From Trichoplax sp. H2 (taxonomy: Eukaryota): a stretch of 58,165 bases of DNA. The position numbers and the translations under genes are program-made. The notes beneath the pieces were generated by a model that was given only the letters and a program-made list of their open reading frames with translations, had not been told where the DNA came from and did not search any database. Shown piece by piece: positions 13,388 to 25,200 of the stretch; positions within the stretch are counted from its first letter, which is position 1; each line of letters starts with the position of its first letter. Where the stretch lies: contig NOWV01000303.1 in the NCBI GenBank assembly GCA_003344405.1, forward strand, positions 1 through 58,165, read 5' to 3'.

Positions 13388-16245
13388 ATTGTCATCGAGA
13401 GCTTTGATTATTTAGCTGGAGAATTAAGAGCGTTATATTAGAACTGCAAATAGTTAGCAATGTGGGGTCTATCAACATAAGGGGCCCTAACGCAAGTCTG
13501 ACTATGAATAGATGCAATTTGAATATTGAAGAAATTACTATGATAATAGTTGATAGGAATGTTTAGCGCTAGAATCAGTATCTAAAAGTAGAAATAGGCT
13601 AATCGCATCATTAGATTGTAATGCTATATTTTAGAAAATTATTTATTTACTATTGCAATTATTGGTGCTAAGTTATGCTAGTTGTCAATAATGCATGGTC
13701 ATTTATACGAATCTACGTGCATGAATAGGGCTGTGTGCGCCATCTTAAATTCTGTTGTTATCAGTTTGATATCTCTTCTCATCCAGACAATGATCCTAGC
13801 GGCAGTTTAGCAATCAAATGAACTCTAACTAGAGCACTTGAGATAATTATTATAATTACTTAATGGTTTTTTTGGATATTGAGGACTAAAAGCGAAGTAC
13901 TGGAGTAGCATAGTAATGGTAAGAATGTTCTAATCTGTACCAATGTAGAATTGAGTAACTCGATATTGCTGTCAATCGATTTCTTATGAGCAGCTAAAAT
14001 TTATTTCATAGAAAAAATACATTTGCATAAATTGAAGGAGTAACTTCCCCTAAACATATTATAAGCATACCAGGCTGCTATCATTGGTTGAAATATATCA
14101 ATAAATAAACTTCAGTAATGGTAGTAAAGTCTATCTTACAACTTCCAAATAAATTAAAGAAAATTTTAATCAGGTGCCCCATTAACATAGAATTTAAGCT
14201 ACGGCACTGATACCGGATTAGTAAGGCTTTACTTATTTCCTTTATTGGCGGCGCGAAGTTTAACCTTTACATTCCGATCGCAATTTAATCAATTGAAATT
14301 ATGCAATTTTAGTATAAATTATCTTAAAAGTTTTGCTAGTTATAGCTGCTCAAAGTTTTACGTAGGTATATCTAGAATCCATTTCCCATCGAAAGAAGCA
14401 CTACAACTGTTAATAATTTGTTCTACATCAGCCATATTAAGATATAAGAGCCATTACTGCAGTAATTGTAGACTATTAGCCACGTTTAGTATGATGTACG
14501 GTAGTGTCTTTTCTATATTTATCTTATGACATATATTTAGTAGCCCATTATTATAGACTGTAAGGATAGACTCTATGCTAAAATACAGATGACTATATAC
14601 AGTAAGATGTTGAGCTACTAATAAGGTTAGAGGTAGAAATAGAATTGTAAATCATATATTAGGATATGTTTAGGTCATTGTACTTTGAGTAGTAGGAATA
14701 ATGTCTACGAAATTACTGTATTCATTTCCATGTTGAATTAAAGATGGCTCGCTGTAAAATATTGTGACTAATAATAATCTGAATACGTGTAAAATATGTT
14801 AGAATACTGCTATGCTCATTGTAGCTGGGAAGGCCATCGAGAGTACGAAAGTTGGAGATATTAGATTATCTGATTGTTCTTTCTAGAAGTCTTTCAGTAG
14901 TTGTATTCGTCTAGAGTAAAGCTGTGTGTAGCTAGTCTTTGTATTAGATCTAATAAAGTTCTAATTTTCTACAACTTTGGAATTTTCGTGACCGAATTTT
15001 ATCATAGCAATTAATCACCAAAAATCAAGAGTGAATTTTTATTAACTCGTATCCTTATTCTACCAGAGCCTCCAAAGAATAAATTTCTCGAAAGGGAGAT
15101 GGCGATCTTTTTTCTGAAATTTTAAATAATCTTTTCTTTCATTAATTTTTACCTAAGAGGTCCCTGATTCCATAAATTTCTCTGCCTATAAGTATGGAAC
15201 TACTGTATTGCATCTTTTATCAGCTTGGTAAGAAATCTTAGTGGTCTGGAACCTTAGAATTTTAAACTTATGATACCATAATTTGATTTTTATTAGTAAC
15301 AATTGAATTTTTTAAAATATGATATTTCTTATGTCTATAGTACGAATAGTGCAAATTTGCTACCTCATCATACCAGATATAATCTATAACTACTTTAATA
15401 GCCTTAAGACTCACAAACTACTTTAATCAGATTAAATTACTACAAATAACAACATCAAACTTAACTTACGCTTTTTACTTCCATTTACAGAGTATTTTCT
15501 TCAAAAACAGTTATAAGAGCATTAGATTTAGTTTTACCACAACAATATGGACAATCCTGACATAAGCTACGGTTACGCGAGTAAGTATTTAGTGTCAATT
15601 TTCAATTACAATCTTTTACATTTTTGTCTTTTTCTGAAATTGTTCTTATTTGATCAATAACAGTAATAGCAATAGATTCTAATTTGTAAAAGTTTAAATG
15701 AAATAAAGTGAGCAATTAGATTGGCTAAGACAAGTATTGACACAAACTTTTGCAGTATTTTGGCTTTAACCGTGCAAATGTTAAAGCTAAATATGTTAAA
15801 ATTATTCCTTAAATCTTATTCTTCAATATAATCATGCATGCTTGCAACTGTTTAATCATAACCGAGAAGTGAGCACTAGTAAATTGGTAGAACGAACTTA
15901 ATAATCGTTTGGTATTTTATTTTAGCTTAATTAAACCATCAGTGAGGATAAATTTATTTTTTAAGTAAACCAAATATTACAATTAATCAAGAAACATTTT
16001 TCTAGACTTAAAATGCAGTATAACGGCCATCCCTATTCCTATTCTACTGTCTTTAATGCAGGCTATCAATCGGTGAGTATACTAATAAACTATTGCAGCA
16101 TAGACTAAATTATCCAACTATTTAAGCTAGCTACGCGAAGTACTAAGAGGCAAATGTACTATTGAAATATCTACGTAAATATTTAATCATGTTGATTCTA
16201 GATTAATTAAGATGGCAATAATCATTAAAAACTTCAAAATTTATG

Positions 16246-19200
16246 TTAAAGATGAAACAATTTAGGGCATTGCCCAGCCATGAGTTTATTCCATAGGCAC
16301 GGCATATTCCAACAACTGCACTGTGGCCATGCTAGGATGGAAATATAGTATAAATTAATGTTACCATGAGAGTTAAACAGCTGGTAATTCATTAAGAAAA
16401 CTGACTGCTAGAGAAAGAAATACTGAATTGGATTATTCTTTATATCAGGAATTTTATTCAGTACTATTAGCACTACTTCATAGCTACAAATTAAATATAA
16501 ATTAAAGTAGTAATGATTGCTTGTTACTAATATCACCGCAGTTTAATTGTGTTTTATTCAATAAATCGATCTATCATGCCTACCATTCATTTTTAGTACA
16601 TTTTTAAAATTCGTATTGCATCTAGTTTATATTAATATCTCTTAATAAATGTTAGTAGTTAGTATGAGTTTAATGTTATGTAAGAATGTTATATCTGTTA
16701 GCAATAATTGATACCTAACCAATAATATAATCTATCCAAACTACGAAAACCCGAATGCAATTACTAATCCTTACCATATTGACATCTCGCCCCAAAGTAA
16801 CCCTGCCTACAGCGGCACTCTGCGTCACGTCCGAGTGCATAACATGTGGCTCCATTATAACATGAATCAGGTTGACAGACACCTTAATAATTACCATCAA
16901 GCTTAAATTTTCATGATTTCCACATATTTTAGCTATTACTTCTTACTTTAAGAGCAACAATGACTTACTGTAGAGTCTGAGAGTTATAATTTATTAAAAA
17001 AATGAGTAAAGACGTGCCATTAACTAATGCCCTTAAAAAAGTCTTATACCTAGCCATATCTATTCCTACAAATATCATTAACTTGCCAACATTTTATCTG
17101 ATCTAACTATAGAAGATGTAATTTAGTTTCATTGACTAATTACTTATGTTGTCCGTACAATAGCCATTACGGAAACAGCTCGAGAATATTAAGTATTGTT
17201 TCTCAGGCAAAACATAGATGCCGCCAGTACATACCAGTAAAAGACCCAAATCTTACTATAAGATGCTGGTCTTATATAGCTGTAATAGTCAGTTACTGAT
17301 TACGCTAATAACAACTAAAATGTAATTTGACCTTAACTTCCGCAGTCACTCATACTTCTCAGTCGAAAGCTTCACTATTTAAAGCTTTTCAAACAATGTC
17401 ATATGTCATGTCTTAAAGTTTTGATGTTAGAGTAGTGTCTTAAACGATGGTATATTAAAGTGCAAACGAGTTCTAGACTAAATCCTTTGGATTACATTCG
17501 AACATTGTTTAATGGAGTATTTATAAATATCTGTTCACTTACTTCCTTCGCAGTGTCCTCCGTAAAATCCAGATTGACAGCTGCATCTGTAATAAATTGT
17601 ATTACCTCGAACATGGCTTACTGAGCATATTCCATTATTCTGGCAACGATTTGGCTGACAAGCATCTTCATTGAGTATGCAAATGGAAATTTTAGAGCAC
17701 AAGATAGCAGTTATGCATAATATTGACATGAACCCGATCGATTTATGAATCGGTTATTCATTGGCAATCAAAGCTTAGTACATCTAAAATACTAGATCGC
17801 CGTTTATGACTGCTACTGTTTGTGTGGTTATGACATGTTCATGATAAATAGTGCTTAATAAATGTAGCGCTGGACTGGAACTTATGTATCAATTGAAGCT
17901 TGAAAGTGAATAAATGATAATTAAATGGGTTTACAAGTTCTAGTTCAAACATGGTAGACTAGAATTCTTCCTATAAAATATCTGATCTATGGAGTATTAT
18001 AAGTCCGAAAAGCAATTTAGCTGCAGAAATGTTCATAATTGTTTACAGCGAAAGGTTGCAGAACTATCCTCATAACTTTAGGCAGGTCTGTTACGATAGA
18101 GAAAGTAATTTGATTTAGCATACTATTACTATTGTTAGGCTATAAATGCTGAAATTCTATATTCGTTATAAAATCCCTATTCACTCAAAAAATAGCGACA
18201 TACATTCACAAATTTTTGTACAATATCTTTAGGAAGTAAAGCAAGAAATATTATAAATTTTGGGACGCTGTGACTGAATAAATTTAACTGGCAGATTTAA
18301 TGCCACTTATGAGCTCAAATTGTGCTATTAATTTATCAGAAATTTCTAAATAATAACCGAAAGAATGTCGATAAAGGTTCCCAACTAGTTATGTACCAGC
18401 ATGTATGATCGAAAATTTCAATGTTTAGAATACTTCAGATAATGTAGCGGTAATGTTAAAAGACCTACTCATCTGTAAATTAATGTACAAGAGTTTGTGA
18501 CTAATATTTTGTGTTCGGTTCTAGGCAGCATCATTTAGTGAAATATTTACTAAAGGTATATGTAGACTAATATTTATCGTAGTGCAATTCATAAAATTTA
18601 GGAAGGTAGATAAATAGATGAAAATTGAAATAGCGAAGCGGAAGTTAGGGAACAACAACATATGAATTCCATTAGCTAATTACTGTAACAATTAACACAT
18701 TGATATTCATGTCTAAAAGGGAAAGCTACACTATGTATAATAAGGCATTTAGCTAGCTAATATTTTGCAGTTGTATGATTTGAGGGTGGTGAATAAACTA
18801 AATATAGGGCTCCAGCGAAGTGAGCATTATGTGAAAACACTTAAAAATCTTCAGGTAGGCAACATTGTAAGAGTAACACAAATGTCTAGTAACTTGAAGA
18901 AATCACTAAGCGATATAAGGCTCTACTATTCCTTACTGATTGACTAGAAATCTTGGTAATCGTAATGGAAACTAAGGCGATTGTCAAGTTTATTGCTAAT
19001 GCAATCGAATTCTAGGTGTTCTGTAATGTAACTACATTTAAAAGAAATATACCGCTATGTAATGAAAAAGAAATAGACTTTCTCATCTAATTTTCAAGAT
19101 CACACTAGTTGATTAAATATTTGCTTATAAACAAACGTTTTTCACAATGTCGTCCATAATATCCTCTTTCATGCTGGCAACTGCACTTATAATGATTTCC

Positions 19201-22200
19201 AGAAGTGTGCTGACATTTTCCGCTATTCTTGCAGGGATTTGAATCACAAACGCCTTCATTTGACGTAAGTAGATGAAAAAAATATTCTGGTTAGTGAAAT
19301 GGAACCTAGGGAATAATACTATCTTAAACTTGATACAGTTATTAGTAGTAAACAAATCGGCAGTGAGTATTAACTACTTAATAAAGTATTGGTAGTCCTT
19401 AATGATCACTAGAATTTGAGAAGACAATCAGCTTACAAAGTATAAACATACGACAGTATAGTACTTATAAATCATGTAAGCCTTCCTTAAGCTCTTACGA
19501 CTATTTTTTAATTTTCGGCATATTTGAGTGCACGGCACTATTCAAATGAATCATATAGCGATAGTGCTACGGGTATTATCCATATAGACATAAAAATTCT
19601 TCAAAAGCTATCTATAAATTATTAGAACTCTATAACCAGAAACAGAATGCTTCAGAGATTTAATACTTTCATATCTCACTATTGATTTATAAACATTTCT
19701 CGACAGTGATCGAAATGAACAACAGTGCCACCAGTAATTTACTTAGATTAGTTACATGTATACGTGAAACTGAAGCCTTTGGAAAGGTAGATATGGTACT
19801 ACGAGATGTATCTTATTTAAAACCATTATGAAAACAGGTATCATTATGGAACTCTTCAGAAATACGTCTTCTGATAGGAAATTTTATGTGTAAGCTAACC
19901 GCGTTCACAATATTGTCCCAGGAATCCAGGCTTGCAACGACATCTGTAATTATGTCCATACGTAGGTTCGCATACCCCGTCATTTTTACAAGAATTGCTC
20001 CGGCAAACTCCTACATTTTAAGAAGCATAATTGAATATTCAGCAATATACAACACAAAATAGAGCCAACAGTAGCGTAATGAATTTATTAATGCTCAAAT
20101 TTAAGACTATTTTTCATAATTTTAAAACATTCGATATCTACTTAGAAGAACTGACGCTTGCAGCTGATAAGGTATAAATTAGAGTATCTAGAATCAGCTT
20201 CTAATTTACGTCTTTATTAAAATTGGTATCTTTGATGGGGTAGTGAAAGTTGAGAAAATTAAAGAATAATATTGATGTGAATATCAATTTTTCAAGAACT
20301 GAAACCTAGTGATTATTAAGATTCTACGAAGTAAATTAAACCGTATGAATTGGGAAATTGCCAGATATTTCATGCTTTTCATCACTGATATATTAGAAAT
20401 CTCATGATAGTGATCAAAGAAGAAACTGCCTGTATGGTATTCTCCTGTAACTGGTTACGCTATATCTCTATATCATAAAGCATTGAGAGCTACGTATTAT
20501 GAAATTCTTCAAGATTACTTCTACTTGTAAATAAACTAACTATTTTCACAATGGGTTCCGTAGAATCCTCGCCTACAACTGCATCTATAGTTGCTTCCAT
20601 ATGTAGGTTCGCAGTTTCCTCCATTCTTGCAACTAGTTGTCTGGCAAACTTCTGCATTATAGATACCAAATAAAATTTTATATTCAATAATAAACAAAAT
20701 TAAAAATTTTATGATAGCGATCGAAATAAAAACTGCCAGTATGGTATTCTTCGGTAACTGCTTAGGCTATGCCTCTGTATCATAATGCATTAAAGCTTCA
20801 GCATCATACGATTTTGCAATATTATATCTAATAGAATTTGTATATAAACTAACTATTTTCACAATGAGTTCCGTAGAATCCTCGGCTGCAAATGCATCTA
20901 TAGTTCTTTCCATATGTAGGCTGGCAATTTCCTCCATTCTTGCAAGTATTCATCTGGCAGACTTCTACATTACCGACATCAAATAAAGTGTTACATCATA
21001 ACAAAAACTAGGAAGCAATATCGGTATGAGCATCACTAATTTATTAGGGACGCAAATTGATGTTGAATGTTTAATCGTTCCGAAATATTTGATAGCTACT
21101 TAAAACTACTGCGCTTTGTTAGTTCTATTACCGAATAAAGACATGCCAAAATAGTGCAATGCCTTGTCCTATAATTTATAATTTTAATTTTATTATCAAT
21201 ATTTGCTAAATTTGAGTGACTAGAGATAGTCAATTATACAATAATAATTCAGGCATCCTTTCAGCAAACTCTAAAATCAGCCTTTAGCCGAGATTGTAAA
21301 ACTATAAGAAGTGCTAATAAATATAACACTATTTGTTGCATATTTTTGCTGATACATTATTTGAAATCTCCAGAAAGTGGCCAAAGTGAAAACTAACAAT
21401 GTTCTTTTTAGGTTGATTAATGTAAATCAAAGCCATTATATTATGTAATTAGCGCAATCACGGAACTTTAGTAATATATCTGCATTCATACAGAGATAAA
21501 TCATTTTTCTAAATGCCCTACAACTACATCATCGATGACATCCTCCACCAACTAACCATTTTCACAAAATTTTCCATAATATCCAAACCGGCAGCTACAT
21601 CTATATTGAGCTCCTTGTAGGGGTTCACATTTTCCGTTGTTCCTGCATGAATTGGCTTTACAAGTCTCTTCATTAAGAATAATACAGATGATGTATTATA
21701 ATCGGTAAAATTTGGATACAGTACCGGTAAAACGCCAAATGTTATAGTCATAGCAAGCAAAAATTGGTAATGGAATTATAATCTTTCTAAAAATTTTAAT
21801 GTTTATAATCAATGGCTATTTTTAGGTAGTTGTTGACATAAGCGAGAGAACAGCTCTTGTTATAACTGTTACTCTTCAATGCTGGATCTATTTAACTGAT
21901 AGGATTGAATAAAATCATCTCTATAAAGGAAAATAATAGTATAGAATATTATCTAATAAACCTACGATTCTGGCAGTTTTCACCATAGTATCCGCTTCTA
22001 CAATTGCATTGATAGCCAGATCCCGAAAACTGACATTGACCACCATTTTGACAAGGGTTGGATTGGCAACCTCGGTCTATAAAAGTGGCAATGAAGTTTG
22101 ACTATATAATAAAAGAATTTATACAAGAAAATAAAGCTTTAAGAGAATTCTTAAATTTTGCTATCTGGTCTAACAAGATTGGCAATATTTTCCATGAAAC

Positions 22201-25200
22201 CCTTCTTTACAGTGGCAGTGGTATCCTTCAGCTCGAAGTTGGCATTGGCCATTTGCACATGGATTTGGATTGCAATATTCTTGTACGTATAAAGAGAAAG
22301 GAAGTGTTAACATGTGATATATATGTAGCTTAGCAGTGGACATCTAAATTTTAATTCGAATGCTACTACTTTACGCTAAATTGTAATAAAATAATCTGTG
22401 TAGTAGCTTTCCGATAATCCAACTTGATCTTGTCGTAAAAAAGTCGGTTATAACAAAATTGCTACCCTTATCTATTATCCATATAACTTTTCATCTATAA
22501 CTTTGGAATAACTTAATAGAATTTATCCTAAACAAAATGCTATCGTATCCTATTGAAGTCTTATCCGTTTATGATATATGCAACTCGGATGCTGAATATC
22601 CATGGATAGTAGTTGTTATAACTTGCCCAGGTTGATTAAGTAAATCCCACATAGTAAGTAATTAACATTCAAGTGGAAAAGTTATAAACGGCTATAGCAA
22701 AAGTCTCTAATTCTTCAAAGGGAGGCGTGATTGAAGAATTAAGAGTAGCTATAGTACTATAAGATACTACTTTAACTTTAAATTGCATTATAAGATTACC
22801 ACCACTATAATTTGGCATGAATTATATTCATAACTGTTCTTAAAAATTTTATGCTTAGAATCGAATCATGATCTGAAAGTACAATATAAAAAATAGCCAA
22901 GCAGAATCCAATGAACCAGAACAGTACTCGAGATCTATATTAACAAATAAATATGATCTTAAAATACCTTGACTACAATTTCTGCCATAGTATCCAGACT
23001 TGCAATCGCAGCGATAATCTGTTCCTTGTTCGATACATTTGCCATTTAGGCAAGGATTCCATTTACAATGATACTCTATAAGAATATAGAGAAAACCAAT
23101 TTATCAATAGCATTGAATATATAGTTCAAGTAACTTTCGCACAGCATCATTAATGACTTCTAATATCAACTACATGAGCTTCAGCTGCTGATAGTGTTTA
23201 GTAAGGTCGCTATGGTATTTCTTAGAAGTCAAATTAACGCTTAAGTTTAACCTTTTACGAGCGATAAAATCGACGATGATATTACTTAAAGTATAGATTA
23301 TCTCACCACTCTAAATGTAGTCCAAAGGTTCATTAGGTATGTAAAAGTGTTATAATAGCTAACTCACATACCGTATTGACAGTATTCGCCATAATATCCT
23401 TCTGTACAATTGCACATATAACTGTTTTTATTAGCAACACAAACTCCATTCTTGCATTTATTGTTGTTGCAGTGATCTAAAATGATAAAGAAGAAGATTT
23501 CAGATATCTAAAAAGATAATTCTAATTTAAGTAATGGAAATCGCTTTAAGTTTCTAAACCCTTTAAAAGATCGTAAACTTACTTAATTGACAGTATTTGC
23601 CGTAATATTCTTTATTTTAAGTGTATGTTTAGCTATCTTTATTTACTATACCAATTTTATTCAAGCACGTATTACTTAAGTAAGGATTTAAAAGTACAAT
23701 AATAGGGATATCGTAATGTTTATATAACTATTTTGATTCTAATACTACAAATTTTTTTGTGTTTATAATCATGTAAGAGATATTCAACATACCGATATCA
23801 AATTGACAAAATTCACCACTATATCCTTTATTGCAATCACATATGTAACCATTTTGATTTGCAATGCAGCGCCCATGCATACACTTGTGCCCAAAACAAT
23901 GATCTAAATATAAATGAAGCATTTAGTATATCATCAAAAATCCTGCGGTAAATTGCATCAATGAAGCTTTTTTAAGGCAGCTGACATTTATTAAAGTTGA
24001 ATTTGCAATTAGCCAATATTAGATTTAAGCAAACACTCATATATTTATTAGCTCTCTTAAGACCATATTAAAGGATTCACTTAATTAGAACGGTACTACC
24101 ATAAGCCATTAACGGTTTTACAGAAAGACTAAAGATGGAATTTACTACTACTATAAAATGAATTACTAATTATATTTATTCATGTACAAGATAACACCAG
24201 TTATTATGTCATACTCGCGGTGTAAATGTTGGTTTACTGATGTAGTTTGCTCATTTCTATACAAATTATTATTATATTTCAATATAAATATCATCTCCGA
24301 TTACGGACAATCCAAACAATAGTATGATCATTTACTAAAATCTTTCTTGATTTATATGAAGATTACCGTCCACAAATTGTACTTATCGGCCGCCAATTAT
24401 TCTTACCTGTTTCTATTTTACTGCAATAATCCAAGAAGCAAGCTGATAATGGATCAAGTTTATATGAAATAGTGTTGGAACAGCCTCTAATTTTTGTGAC
24501 CACTTCGAATGAACAGTGGGAGAGCCCGAAATGGAAGCAAAGTCTTCCTATCTTAAAACTACTCTTGGCTGTCCATTAAAAATTGAGTGCAATTGCAATG
24601 AAATTAAATAATATACAGTTAGGATAGATATTATTTAAATTTATCAAGAATTTTTCCAGCATTCTTTAAATCAATTTAGTGCATAAAGTTTCGTATAAAC
24701 TGACTAATATTCATAATTTTAGATGCAACAACACCTTAAAAGGCTACACGGACTGATAGTTATAGATTTTAGTAAAATATGACAATGGCTTGTAAATTAA
24801 AAATAATTGTTCTCTTCAATTTGGATGTACCGCGGTTGATAATTTTAAGTGGTGACAAATCTCTATCGACAGTTACTTACTATATTGAGTAACGTTAATC
24901 CATCTAGCAATGGTTGTACATCTAGGGTGTTGGCTACTTTGATACCACTTGATTAAATTTTGACTCGACTGAGCGGTATATCGGCAAAGCTTTTTCATTT
25001 TGCTTAGTCTATAAGCATCAACTTCTGTTGTTAAAGAATCCTTAAATCTAGTTCCGCTAGCAGCACATGGATCTATCAATCATGATTGCAAGAAAGGTAT
25101 TTAAATGCCAATTATAGGAATCCACTGCCAGGGTATGTTACGAATCAAGTGTAATTTTAATAACAAAATAAGCTAAAATCGAAATAAATCTGGGCTTTTC

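Noticed and set aside
14245..14529. 94-aa plus-strand ORF between genes A and B
   Set aside because: Non-ATG start, no recognisable motif, no paralog or splice support.
17140..17260. Possible second decayed EGF exon in gene B
   Set aside because: A few Cys/Gly/Tyr codons, but no EGF spacing or matching splice sites.
22470..22700. Possible MITE (imperfect inverted TATAACTTTTC / GAAAAGTTATA)
   Set aside because: Short AT-rich match with no clear target duplication.
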